The notes below the pieces were generated by a model. That model worked only from the letters and a program-made list of their open reading frames with translations, was not told the origin of the DNA and made no database searches. Source: the human T2T-CHM13v2.0 reference genome, Homo sapiens. From it: 64,000 nt of DNA. A program made the position numbers and the translations under genes. Location of the stretch: NCBI RefSeq assembly GCF_009914755.1, contig NC_060927.1; one strand, 5' to 3'. Positions 15,716-29,531 of the stretch are shown in pieces; positions within the stretch are counted from its first letter, which is position 1; every line of letters starts with the position of its first letter.

Positions 15716-17659
15716 AATTATGCATGTGAAAAGATTACCTGGTCCAGGTGGTCATTGTATCCAGCTGAAGGTGTTAAATCTAGCTAGACTCTGGCCTGGG
15801 TCTTGAGAGGTTAGTATCTATACCCCACCTTCCCTTCTAAACAGGTTAGCAAGCTGGCAAGCTGGTAAAGGAGCCTAGCCTCTTCCTCCCTACAGGACAC
15901 TGCAACATCAAAACAAAGCCTCTAAATACTCCCCTAAAGACAAGGAAGACTAATATCTGTGACGTAGCTATTCTCTTCTGGGACATAGAGGAAAAAAATA
16001 GGTCTCTCTCATAACAAGACACCATTCATTTCTCAGGTTAAGCTGCCATTACCTTCGAACACACAGAAGCTGAGGGCTGTTTCTGCAGCCCTATCCTACC
16101 CAGTCAGCCCTCTGCGTGCTCTCAACTGCTATTCTCACTGCAGACCACCATTTTCAGACAAAGCTCTGAAAAGCCCCTTAATGCCCAAGAGCCACAGGTT
16201 GTGTTTGTGTTAATTACTACAGGGCTCAGTTCACAATATCACTTAATAAAAATTAATAATTTTCAAGAATAGATTCATAATCTTCTCAGTTATCAGAACA
16301 GCTGAAGTTATTTATGTGCTTATTGGAACAATATTATAAATGTTTGCTTTGTTTTAATACTTCATTGATGAATCACATAATAGTTTATAAAATCATGTTT
16401 TTACCTGATATACTTAGTTGGCCATGTTTTCCTGATTACAACAAACAGATGAAAAATAATTTCTGAGTTATTTCCTTTTTCCTTCAGTATCTCAAAGGAT
16501 GTTCACTGTGAATACTGACAAAATAATTTATTATTATTTTCCTAGATTCTGACCATCTGCTGCTAATCAATTCATTAGAAATTCAACTCAAAAAGAAAAT
16601 TTTTGGAGATAGTATGTTAATATACCAGTTTAGAGAAAACAACATACAATTACTTTTGCACAAAGTCAGTTGGAGAATAGTTTGAGAACTGTCTAGAGAC
16701 AGCAAGATATTCTCAAGATGCTCCAAGTATCCATTCTGACTCTATGACTATTCTGAGCACAAACTCAGGATTTTAGTTTCCTTCACTAATACCTAGTAAT
16801 AAAAAACCTCCATGTGTTATTTATGAGAACAGTTAAGCAGATAAATAATAAAGTCTCCTGACACTTCAAAGGAAAATGAAGAAAATATGAGTAAATATAA
16901 AATCAATTCATCAGATACATTTTAAATTCCAGCTGTTAGAGTCAGAAGGAATCACAGAAGATCATTTCACTCCATCTCCTGGGTTTATGCTGATAAGCTA
17001 CTGCTCTATCCATATGAGCGAAGATGCAGCCGCAGGTTAAGGGGCAAGCCTGTTGCCATACAGCTGGTTAGCACCAAGAAGCAAAGTGAAGTTAGATTTC
17101 AGTTTCTAGTATCCTCATACAGGCCTCTTCCCAATGAGCCAAGCTACTTCTCTTTTAAAAATAATTCTGTCTGGAACATTAAGGGGGTCATCCGTACTGA
17201 TTCTTCATGTTTTAAATACATATTGTTTGCCAGTCATTATGCTAATAAGAATACAAAAAGAAAACAATATATAGTATCAGCACTTGAAGACCTCACAGTC
17301 CAGTAAGGAAAACGTCAACATGAACAATACCCATATGATACTTGCATAGCAATGTGAGCACAGTGCTATGGGAACATAGAAGAGGGAGCAATAAATTCTG
17401 CTAAGAAAGTGTTAAAAAGTTTCACAGAAGAGCTAGGCCCCAAAGGATGAGTAAGAGGTATTTAGGCAGAAGGAACCATGAAAACAAAGGCAGGGATGTG
17501 AACAACATCTTTGAGGAGGAGCCAGCATACAGAATGAAAGATATTGCGCATCAAAAGCAAAACAGCCTTTGCTTTTACACAGACCTATCATGGTAAAGCA
17601 TCCTCACAGCTGTACACATTTAGGTAATCTCTGTGTTCCCCAGCCCCTCTAAAGAGCAT

Positions 17660-17945
17660 CACTGTGTCCTCCTTGCCTATATCCATGCCCTCTGTCAGGA
17701 AAGGCCTTGCCCTTTTCCTCTATGCCAACTCCCCACTGTCCCTCCTGATACATCTCCAATATTACCTCTTCTCCAACCTCCCTGGGAGAGTTAATTACCT
17801 CCTCCTTTGGGCTCCTATAACAACTTTTACATCTCTTGCAAGAGGTTACTTGAATTACTTGTTTACATACATGTCTATCTCCCAAACAAGTCTAAAAATG
17901 GTAGGCTTCTAAATAATTATATGTTTGATAAATATGAATGAATGA
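17660..17945 (+). mobile_element. L2 3' fragment
   Basis: L2-like pyrimidine-rich body ending gataaatatgaatgaatga. Confidence 0.6.
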
Positions 17946-18890
17946 CCTTTTCTATGGAAAGCTAGGCGCTAAAGGTGATAGAGAGATAACATGCACATAC
18001 GAACTCTCAAGGGAAATAGACAGACACATAGATAATGTATAAGTAGAATAATAATTCTTTGAATTGAAATCCCCAGGGAAACATTTTCACTCAACCGAAA
18101 ATCTAACTGCAATCTAAAGATTTTCACATACAACCACTTGGCATTGACTTACAACTCCACCTAGATAGGTTCATAAAGTCAGATCCTTTTCTTGTTACAT
18201 TCTTAGAGCTCATAAAAGGTGGTCTGAAAAGGCAACTCTTTGGGTATAATTTAGTCTTATTAAACAGAATTGTAAGGGAGAGAAAATGACTGTCTAGTCC
18301 TTTATCATTGGGCATGTAATCCATTATAAAGGTGTTAAGCTCACTGGTAAGTGTAAAAATGAGAGGAAATGAGTCTACTGACAAAAAATGCAATGAGACA
18401 ATAAACTAAAATTAATGCTTCACAAATTCTCAGCTTCTCAGCCTTATTGTCTCAATTTGTTATTCTCATAAATTATCAGAAAGTAAAGCACAGCCACTGC
18501 TCCTAAAAATAAAAATCTTATTAAACTTACTATGTATAAAACTGCCTGAAGACATTGGCTCTCCTTTGACCTCATGAGTTACTCAAGATACTCAATCCCA
18601 GGGTTCAAAAAATATATCTCATTAGCAGTACCAGATGTCAGCAGATGTGTTATTAAACTGCCTGTCACTCAAGCCTCAATCCTGAAAAATACCTAGGTCA
18701 CCTAATCCTTTATGCCATCCACATCTTTTCACATATAATAACAGGAACTTTAGTGCCTGGAATTGTTATTAATAATAATTCCAAAAACTCAATCATTTCT
18801 GGGATGCCTTTGAGTTAATGGGAAAGAAGCTACTATCTGCCTGACAAATTGCTGCACACTGGTAAAAGATGATTGACAGAGGATAGATAG

Positions 18891-19641
18891 TGTATTAGCC
18901 TCCTTGGGCTATGTCATAATCCATTCAGCTGGCTATCACAAAATACCATAAACCAGGTAGCTTATAAACAACAGAAACATTTCTCACAGCTCTGGATTCT
19001 GGGAAGTCCAGCATCAAGGCCCTGGCATATCTCTTGTTTGGTGAAGGCCCACTTTCTGGTTCACAGATGGCAACTTCTTGCTGTGTCCTCACATGGCAAA
19101 AGGGGCAAGAGAGTTCTCTGGGGCCTCTTTTACAAGGGCAGTAATCCTATTTCTGAGGGACCTGCCCTTCATAACCTAACTACTTTCCCCACCTTCCAAT
19201 ACCACCACATTGAGGATTAGGATTCGATGTATGAATCTGGGGTTTACACAAACATTCAGACCATAGCAGGCTACCTTAAAAACCACAAACCGGTGGCTTA
19301 AACAATAGAAATTTATTTTTTCATACTTTTGCTAGCTGAAAGTCCAAGACGAAGGTGTCATCAGGGTTAGTATGTAGCAAGGCCTCTCTTCCTGGCTTGC
19401 AGGTCACTGCCTTCTTGTTGAATGCTCACATGACTTTTTCTCTGTGCACTCACAGAGAAAGAATGAAATGAGCTCTCTGGTGTCTCTTCCTGTTTGTATA
19501 AGGTATCAGATTATGGCCCCACCCTTCTAAGCTCATTTAACCTTAATTATCTCCTTAAAGGTCCTAACTCCAAATACTATCACCTTGGGGTTAAGGCTTC
19601 AAAATATGAATTTGATGAGAGACACAGTTCAGTCCATAACA
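18891..19641 (-). mobile_element. MLT1B-like solo LTR (outer, host of a nested LTR)
   Basis: TG...CA termini; 5-bp TSD gatag (18886-18890) and gacag (19642-19646). Confidence 0.85.
18912..19268 (-). mobile_element. MLT1A0-like solo LTR (inner)
   Basis: tgtcataatccattcag...cattcagaccatagca; perfect TSD ggcta at 18907-18911 and 19269-19273. Confidence 0.9.
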
Positions 19642-19646
19642 GACAG

Positions 19647-19862
19647 ACTGATGGATGGATGTGAATGGATGGACAGATGGATGGATGCATGGATGGATGG
19701 ATGGATACATGGATGGATGCATGGATGGATGCATGGATGGATGCATGGATGGGAGGGACGGAGGGAGGGAGGGAGAGAGGGAAGAAGAGAAGGAAGGAAG
19801 GAGGGAAGGAAGAGAGAGAAGGACGGAGGGAAGGAGGGAGAGAAGGAGGGAGGGAGGGATAT
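19647..19862 (+). repeat. Compound microsatellite, (GGAT)n then (GGAG/GGAA)n
   Basis: Read directly; includes repeated 12-mer GGATGGATGCAT. Confidence 0.95.
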
Positions 19863-20159
19863 GATTAACTCATGAAGGAGGTAGGATTACGATCAGACTT
19901 AAATCTGCTGGAAGCAAACCATTGCCTGTAAGGTAAAAAATTGAGAAGTGTTAGAAAAGCCTCACACTGCTCCAACATGCTGCACATAAACACGAGCCAC
20001 AGTGCCTAAAATTTCATATTAACCAAAGATTCAACAAACATTTATCAAGGAAGAACTTTGTGTCTGGCACTGATCTAGTGTTACAGAGCATGTTAACTGA
20101 ATTCCTCACTGAAGACATTTATATTCTAACATGGATGAAAAAAAATCTATGTATAAGAA

Positions 20160-20340
20160 AGTTGTTCTTAACCTGAATTACACAAAGGATCACTTGTGGG
20201 ACTTTAAAAAAATACATATTCCACAATCATATCTTCTGAATCTAAATAGCCTGAGATAGGCCCTGGGCATTGAGATATATATATATAATCTCTCCAGGGG
20301 ATTCTGAAGCACAGCAATACGAAAATCCAGTCCAGACTAC
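20160..20340. mobile_element. MER5-like hAT-Charlie MITE
   Basis: gttgttcttaacct...ggccctgggcatt...ctccaggggattctgaagcacag. Confidence 0.55.
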
Positions 20341-21159
20341 TGAGATAAGCATTGGCCTTTTCTTCTAAACACTAATGACTCTAGAAGATAATATGTGAAG
20401 AACCTACTACCGCAGTGTAAATAAACTCACTAGATGGCTAGCAATAAATGATCCAGAACAATATGAGACTGCTGGGCAAGAGAAGGCATGATTGATTTAA
20501 GATAATGTACACGAAACTTGGTAGCAGACATGAAATCCCTTTGTAAACATAAAAGATTATTACTCCTCAGTAGGTCACCATTTTACAAGGCAGATCATTT
20601 CATTTTAAGAGCTTCCAAATACTGAGCCAACACATGGTTTTTTTGGTAACTTTCTTCCAATGTGTCTAGGTCCATAGTTTTCAGCGCATGCCTTCTCCCG
20701 AAGTCTTCAGGGTGAGACTCCACAATGCCTTAGGTCTAGGACCATAGCCCTCTGAAGTTCCTGAGCAAGTCTGGACCAAGGCTGATCAAGATCACTAGGC
20801 TTAGCACCAGAAGTATTTGAGAGTCTGGAATTAATCTTGCGGCCATTACCGCGGGCTTCAGTGGGTTATAAGCCCAGGGCAACTGCATATCTGTTACACT
20901 GCAGTGTTCCCTTTAATTCCACCTGCTGCCAGCCCTGAGTCTAATCCATTCAACTGACTTCTGTCTGGGGTTCCTGTTCTCCACTAGAGCTCTCACGGGA
21001 ACCCTAGCCTGTTTGGTTGAGCTCTGATACTCTGGCCAGCCATTGCCACCTGCACACTTCAGGGCTGGTTTCCATTCCCTATACATCCAGTCAGTGGCTG
21101 GGTGACATTTCTTTACTATTGACATGCCCAAGCTGCTATATGGACTCCTGCCTTAGATC

Positions 21160-21915
21160 ATTGATTCTCAGATGGGATGGTTCTGCCCCAGTAGAATGTT
21201 TCAGAAACTCTTGATGATATATTTGGTTGTCATAACAGTAACATCTGCCTCCTTCTACAGCATCACCCCATGTTTACTGGCATTTAGAGTGTGGGGGCCA
21301 GAGAAAATAGACATCCCACAATGAATGCACTGTGTAATCCACCCAAGGATTAGTTGTACTGTGTTCTCGAACACTCACACAGATGGAAAACCTCTCTGTT
21401 AGTATCTGAGCCTAGAAGCTAACTGTTTCACACATAATCTCAAAGTACTTTTTGCAGCAAGTTTTAATATGCAACTAATTTTCCAGGACAGTCTCTAGCC
21501 TGTAAATCATGGGGAGGAAACTTTACCAAAAATTGTTCACCACCCTGAAAATCACTTTACCAACACTATAATGACATTCTTGCTACTTGAGTGACAAGTA
21601 CAAAGCTCCTGTAACGGTCTGCATTTGCAGTTTCCATTCTTCATGTAGCTACAAGCATCTGACTACTTTATTATGTCTTTTAGTGTAACCAAGCTCAAGC
21701 CCTTAGGTATTAACTACATATTATGTTACTTTTAATTATTTTACACTTTTAAACCTTTATATAAAAATTAGGGCATTATATTAATTTATTTTATATATGA
21801 AATTAAGTATGTAGAGATATTGTATTACCTACAAATTATATTATCTGTGAGAGTAAGAAGGGCACTACAAAATGTCTGTTGGGAAGAGGGGATATTAGGT
21901 CTGATAGGTTTAAGC
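21160..21915. mobile_element. MER20B-like hAT-Charlie element
   Basis: MER20-type start (gattctca...ttctgcccc...tttggttgtcataac...actggcatttagagtgtggggccagag) with a longer internal body. Confidence 0.55.
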
Positions 21916-22301
21916 TCAGTATTAGTATTTATTGAGAATAAAGTGAATATTCTCAATAAACCCTGTAGATACCAGCCATACCCTTTCATGGCTTCGCCCT
22001 TACAGCTGCATCAGTTCCTGCACTTCAGCTCCCAACAAGGCATCCTCCAGGCCAAGGATGTCTCAGGATGCCTTGCAGTCAAATCTATCCATTGGCAGAT
22101 GCCATCCTACAATTCAAAAATAAAACCTAAAAATTATTTGTGTAATTCATTTGAATTAAAAGCATGACTCTTAGCAATAATAGCATAAAGAGATTGGCTA
22201 TTACTTTTAAAACCTATATTTCAATAATGCTTTCACATATATTGATTTCATTTGATATTCACAACAACACGATGAGATGACAGAGAAGACTGTGCATTTC
22301 T

Positions 22302-25300
22302 TTTTTTTAAATTATACTTTAAGTTCTGGGATACATGTGCAGAACGTGCAGGTTTGTTACATAGGTACACACGTGCCATGGTGGTTTGCTGCACCCATCA
22401 ACCCATCATTTTCATTAGGTACTTCTGCTAATGCTATCCCTCCCCTAGCCCCCAACCCCCGACAGGCCCCAGTGTGTAATGTTCCCTTCCCTGTATCCAT
22501 GTGTTCTCATAGTTCAGCTCCCACTTATGAGTGAGAACTTGTGGTGTTTGGTTTTCTGTTCCTGTGTTAGTTTGCTGCGAATGATGGTTTCCAGCTTCAT
22601 CCATGTCCCTGCAAAGGACATGAACTCATCCTTTTTCATGGCTGCATAGTATTCCATGGTATATCTATATGCCACATTTTCTTTATCCAGTCTATCATTG
22701 ATGGGCATTTGGGTTGGTTCCAAGTCTTTGCTATTGTGAACAGTGCTGCAGTAAACATACATGTGCATGTGTCTTTACAGTAGAATGATTTATAAGCCTT
22801 TGGGTATATTCCCAGTAATGGGATTGCTGGGTCAAATGGTATTTCTGGTTCTAGATCCTTGAGGAATTGCCACATTGTCCTCCACAATGGTTGAACTAAT
22901 TGACACTCCCACCAACAGTGTAAAAGTGCTCCTATTTCTCTACATCCTCTCCAGTATCTGTTGTTTCCTGACTTTTTAATGATCACCATTGCAACTGGCA
23001 TGAGATGGTATCTCATTATGGTTTTGATTTGCATTTCTCTAATGACCAGTGATGATGAGCTTTTTTTCATGTATTTGTTGGCCACATAAATGTCTTCTTT
23101 TGAGAAGTGTCTGTTCATATCCTTCACCCACTTTTTGATGGGGTTGTTTTTTTCTTGTAAATTTCTTTAAGTTCCTTGTAGATTCTGGATATTAGCCCTT
23201 TGTCAGATGGATAGATTGCTTCCACCATTCTGTAGGTTGCCTGTTCACTCTGATGATATTTTCTTTTGCTGTGCAGAAGCTCTTTAGTTTAATTAGATCC
23301 CATTTATCAATTATGGCTTTTGTTGCCATTGCTTTTGGTGTTTTAGTCATGAAGTCTTTGCGAATGCCTATGTCCTGAATGGTATTGCCTAGGTTTTCTT
23401 CTAGAGTTTTTATGGTTTTATGTGTTACATTTAAGTCTTTAATCCATCTTGAGCTAATTTTTGTATAAGGTGTAAGGAAGGGGTCCAGTTTCAGTTTTCT
23501 GCATATGGCTAACCAGTTTTCCCAACACCATTTATTAAATAGGGATTCCTTTCCTCATTGCTTGTTTTGTCAGGTTTATCAAAGATCAGATGGTTGTAGA
23601 TGTGCGGTGTTATTTCTGAGGCCTCTGTTCTGTTCCATCAGCCTATAAATCTGTTTTGGTATCAGTACCATGCTGTTTTGGTTACTGTAGTCTTGTAGTA
23701 TAGTTTGAAGCCAGAAAGCGTGATGCCTTCAGCTTTGTTCCTTTTGCTTAGGATTGTTTGGCTATAGGAGCTCTGTTTTGGTTCCATGTGAAATTTAAAG
23801 TAGTTTTTTTATAATTCTGTGAGTAAAGTCAATGGTAGCTTGATAGGGATAGCACTGAATCTATAAATTACTTTGGGCAGTATGGCCATTTTCACAATAT
23901 TGATTCTTCCTATCCATGAGCATGGAATGTTTTTCCATTTGTTTGTATCCTCTCTTATTTCCTTGAGCAGTGGTTTGTAGTTCTCCTTGAAGAGGTCCTT
24001 CACATCCCTTGTAAGTTGTATTCCTAGGTATTTTATTCTTTTTGTAGCAATTGTAAATGGGAGTTCACTCATGATTTGGCTTCCTTTTTGTCTATTATTT
24101 GTATATAGGAATGCTTGTGATTTTGCACATTGATTTTGCATCTTGAGACTTTGCTGAAGTTGCTTATCAGCTTAAGGAGATTTGAGGCCGAGATGATGGG
24201 GTTTTCTAAATATACAATCATGTCATCTGCAAACAGAGGCAATTTGACTTCTTCTCTTCCTATATGAATACCCTTTCCTTCTCTTGCCTGATTGCCCTGG
24301 CCAGAACTTCCAATACTATGTTGAATAGGAGTGGTGAGAGAGGGCATCCTTGTCTCATGCCGGTTTTCAAAGGGAATGCTTCCAGCTTTTGCCCATTCAG
24401 TGTGATATTGGCTTTGGGTTTTTCATAAATAGCTTTTATTACTTTGAGATACGTTCCATCAATACCTTTAACATCACACTGTCAACATTAGACAGATCAA
24501 TGAGACAGAAAATGTACAAGGATATTCAGGATTTGAACTCTGTTCAGGACCAAGCAGACCTTATAGACATCTACAGAACTCTCCACCCCAAATCAACAGA
24601 ATATACATTCTTCTCAGCACCATTTTGCACTTATTCTAAAATTGACCTCATAATTGGAAGTAAAACATTCCTCAGCAAATGCAAAAGAACGGAATTCATA
24701 ACAAACAGTCTCTCAGACCACAATGCAACAATCAAATTAGAACTCAGGATTAAGAAACTCACTCAAAACCACACAACTACATGGAAACTGAACAACCTGC
24801 TCCTGAATGACTACTGGATAAATAACAAAATTAAAGTAGAAATAAATAAGTTATTTGAAACCAATGAGAACAAAGACACAACATACCAGAATCTCTGGGA
24901 CACAGCTAAAGCAGTGTTTAGAGGGAAATTTATAGCACTAAATGCCCACAGGAGAAAGCAGGGAAGATCTAAAATCGACACCCTAACATCACAATTAAAA
25001 GAACTACAAAAGCAAGGGCAAACAAATTCAAAAGCTAGCAGAAGACAAGAAATAACTAACATCAGAGTAGAACTGAAGGAGATAGAGATACACACAAAAA
25101 AAAAAAACCTTCAAAAAATCAATGAATCCAGCAGCTGGCTTTTTGAAAAGATTAACAAAATAGATAGATGGCTAGCCAGACTAATAAAGAAGAAAAGAGA
25201 GAAGAATTGAATAGACACAATAAAAAATGATAAAGGGGATATCACCACTGATCCCACAGAAATGCAAACTACCATCAGAGAATACTATTAACACCTCTAC

Positions 25301-25855
25301 ACAAATAAACTAGAAAATCTAGAAGAAATGGATAAATTCCTGGACACATACACCCTCCCAATACTAAACCAGGAAGAAGTCAAATCCCTGAATAGAACAA
25401 TAACAAGTTCTGAAATTGAGGCAATAATTAATAGCCTACCAACCAAAAAAAGCCTGACCAGACAGATTCACAGCCAGATTCTACTAGAGGTACAAAGAGG
25501 AGCTGGTACCGTTCCTTCTGAAACTATTCCGAAGAATAGAGTAAGAGGGACTCCTCCTTAACTCATTTTATGAGGTCAGCATCATCCTGATACCAAAACC
25601 TAGCAGAGACAAAACAAAAAAAGAGAATTTTAGGCCAATATCCCTGATGAACGTTGATGTGAAAATACTCAATAAAATGCTGGCAAACCGAATCCAGCAG
25701 CACATCAAAAAGCTTCTCCACCACAGTCAAGTCGGCTTCATCCCTGGGATGCAATCCGTCACATAAACAGAATCAATGACAAAAACCACATCTCAATAGA
25801 TATAGAAAAGGCCTTCGATAAAATTCAACACCACTTCATGCTAAAAACTCTCAAT
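22302..25855 (-). mobile_element. L1PA7-like LINE-1, 5'-truncated with 5' inversion
   Basis: Minus-strand 3' UTR plus ORF2 RT/C-terminus at 22302-24466 ([26 protein letters not shown]); plus-strand ORF2 EN-linker at 24467-25855 ([18 protein letters not shown]); TSD tgtgcatttct (22291-22301) and tgtgtatttct (25856-25866). Confidence 0.95.
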
Positions 25856-26939
25856 TGTGTATTTCTGTATCTGTTTTAAAAAAGAATCTTGAGGCTCTGA
25901 GATTCTGATCAGCTCAGTCACAGAGCTAGCAAGAGAGCTGGGATTAGAGTCTACACCTTCAGAAGCCAAAAGCTGTGATATTTTCACCTACATAACACTG
26001 CCTCTAAAGTGAGACAAGTAACAACAGGAAGAAAAGAACAACAGAAAGAACAAAATTAAAAGGATCAATATGAAATGCTGAAACATGTAAATACTAACAG
26101 GGTAATGGTAATTTCTGAAAGCCTAAAGAGGAAAATTCCACACCACAATCCAAGAGATCTGATTAAGCAGGCTATTTTGTCATGTGAACATACTCTTCTA
26201 TGGCAACCCACCACAGCTCACATCTTTGCACCCATTGTATAGAATGCCTGTGGGCACACACAAATGGCTCGCAAAGACGACACTTAAAAATAGCTGTGCT
26301 GCCCTCTACTGTTGAAAAAAGAGCAAGCATGAAAACGGCAATCAGATTTGCTACTTGTGTGTCTTAAGCTGATAAGTGAACAGCAGCAGAGTGCTACAAA
26401 CACCATTTCATTATTATCAGTCAGTGGTTCAGTAGTAACTTTAGCATTGAAATAAATATTTTGACATTAATGAGATCAAACAGTTTATTTGGCTTAATAA
26501 AGACAATATCATAATTGTTTATTGTTGGTGCTATCCTTGTTAGTTGGATTGTCTGCTTAAGACTAGCTGAATAGACATGAATATTCAGTACTTAAAGCTT
26601 GTTTTCAGATTCTTGTAATGTCAGGGCTAAATAAAACTTAAAGGTCACATAGAGGTAAATGGATGTTTTACATATGACAACTCTGATCCATAGGCAGCAG
26701 CTGCCTGGAGAAATGTGTAAATAAGGATTTTGAGACTCTGTTCAAGCTCAGTGACAAAGAAGATTACAATTGATTAGTAATGTCTTCCAAGTAAGAGAAA
26801 GTGAGATAATGCTATACGTGCAACATCCATCTGTCCATGGGCTAAATTAGACTGCCATCCCTAGGCTCGTCTGATCACTTTACAGATAAGGAAATCAAGG
26901 CCCACTGAGACGAAATTGCTTGTTAAAGATCTCATTGCT

Positions 26940-27255
<316 letters not shown>

Positions 27256-27283
27256 TCATTGCTGCTGGAAATTAGCCTGGGTC

Positions 27284-27815
27284 AATCCTATTACTGGGTA
27301 TATACCCAGAGGGATATAAAGCACTCTACCATATAGACACATGCACACAAATGTTCACTGTGGCACTGTTCACAATAGCAAAGACATGAAATCAATCTAA
27401 ATGCCCATCAGTGACAGATTGGATAAAGAAATTGTGGTACATATACACCATGGAATACTATACAGCCATAAAAAATGAAATCTTGTCTTTTGCAGGAACA
27501 TGGATGGAGCTGGAGGCTATTATCCTCAGCAAATGAATGCAGGAACAAAAAACCAAATACTGCATATTCTCACTTATAAGTGGGAGCTAAATGATAAGAA
27601 CTTATGAACACAAAGAAGGAAACATCAGACACTGGGGTCTAGTTGAGTGGGAAAGGTGGGAGGAGGGAGAGGAGCAGAAAAGATAATTATTGGGTACTGG
27701 GTTTAATTCCTGGGTGATGAAATAATCTGTATAATAAACCCCCATAACATGACTTTACCTATGTAACAAACCTTCACATGTACCCCGAACCTAAGATGAA
27801 AGTTTTAAAAAAAAT
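27284..27815 (+). mobile_element. L1PA12/13-like 3' end
   Basis: caatcctattactgggtatatacccag...gtgggagctaaatgataagaac...cacatgtaccccgaacctaa followed by an A-rich tail. Confidence 0.85.
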
Positions 27816-29269
27816 ACCTGTAATGTGAAAACCCTTTACTAGTGGGATTAATATTGTTTGGGCAATTATCATCACTGTACAAGTGGCTGTTAATAGCATT
27901 TTCCACTTGCTCTGTGCTGGGCACTGTACTATATTCTTTACCAACTATTATCTTATCTAATTATCAAAGGCTCTTTGGCGTTGGATATTATTACCCTTGT
28001 TTTTTTGTTTTGTCTTGTTTTTTTTCTAAAAAAAAGAAAGAAATTAAGCTGGATCAAGAATTCAAGCATCCTGTATTCTGGAACATTCTTCTTGCCATTA
28101 GATATAAGTTTCTTAGCTAGGCCTCCAGGAATGGAGGACAAGACATTTCAGCCCAAACTTTATAAAGTAACAAGTGATGTTCATTCTCAATACAGCTTTA
28201 AGATAATTCTTTACTGTCACCAAGGCACATATTTTCTTCTTTACATAGACCAAAAGCCTTTGCGAAAGATAGGGCACAGGCAAAGCCTTTTCATCTTACA
28301 ATTGATCTTTTTGATGATTTGTTCATAAAGAAATAGAATTTCCCATTGTGGAGTCATTTCCATGGTTACCTATTGATTTCCTATAGGAAGCATGCTGTTT
28401 ACACGGCCATCAGGTCTTTATTGTGGAGGGTAAATCACCCTCTGAGTTTTCACTTTATCTGCAACCTGAGGCATGTAAAAATGAGCTCTGCAAAATTACC
28501 AGAACAAGATAAATAAATGATTCATGTGAATTGGTTTTGCATGAATAAGTGATTAATCCTCTCTTTCAACTTTGCTATGAGAGAATGCAGAATTAATGTA
28601 ATTCTATGCAAACAGAATCCACTTTTCTGAATTCTGACCTAATTGTTGGTATTTGTGAGGCAAAATACATGTAAAATTTCCTGTAGTTTTTAAAAAACTA
28701 ATGATACTGCTACTGAAAATCAGGAACCAAACTTCTCTTTATAAACCTTAACTGCAGATGCACACGGATGAGATTGTGATTTACCCTAAAAGTTCCTTCA
28801 AAGCATCTTGTAATTTGGCATTCCAAAGGTATATGACCTTAGTGTTCCAAAATAGGACTTAGAATTGCTCACCAAATAGCCTAGTCTTTAAACCAGAGTC
28901 CATGTGGCAGCCTTAGCAGCCTGAATTAATTAGGCTCTTGGAAGAAACACACCTAGGACTCTGGAGTTTTCACATAATGAGAAATCAGTAGACCATTCAA
29001 TAAATCAGTAGAACACTCAAGAGCCCAAGAAAACATCCACAAAAATAAAATCCCTTTAATTGGGGACATAAAATAACAATTCTATTCTATGAAGATGTGT
29101 CTCAGCGTTACGCTAGAAGTTTAGGTCTCTTTCTCCAAGAGTATTTCACCTGTAGTCAGGAACTTTAAACATAAACCCAGACCAACCAAGTGATTCTATA
29201 AAAGTCACAAAATAAGAATACTAGGAAGAGGAGATAATCTTGGACTGGAAGATAAGCAGAGAAGGCTTC

Positions 29270-29317
29270 TTGGTTTGTGCAAAATTGCGGCTTTTGCCAT
29301 TACTTTCAATGGCAAAA
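29270..29317. mobile_element. MADE1 (Hsmar1 MITE), truncated
   Basis: ttggtttgtgcaaaattgcggcttttgccattactttcaatggcaaaa resembles the MADE1 palindrome. Confidence 0.75.
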
Positions 29318-29531
29318 TAAATTTTGGCAAAACTTTTTGTTAGGAGACTTGCAGAAGCAGTGAGATTTGAATAGATACAAATAGAAAATTATAGTAGCTA
29401 ACCAGTTAGCGAGCATTTACCATAGGACAGACGCTCTGCCAAACCCTTTATACTCTATCTTATCTTCATAACTATCCAATGAGGTGAGTAAGTTATTATT
29501 CTCTTTTTTATAGGTTAGATCGATGAGATTA

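Noticed and set aside
19585-19875. Repetitive ORFs (MDGWMHGW...)
   Set aside because: Translations of the GGAT/GGAG microsatellite.
22514-24347. L1 ORF2 fragments as a retrotransposition-competent element
   Set aside because: 5'-truncated, inverted and fragmented by stops and frameshifts; no promoter or ORF1.
28982-29021. 20-nt tandem duplication aaatcagtagaccattcaat (similar short duplications at ~38665-38720 and 61266-61293)
   Set aside because: Two copies only with no spacers; ordinary slippage, not a CRISPR-like or functional array.
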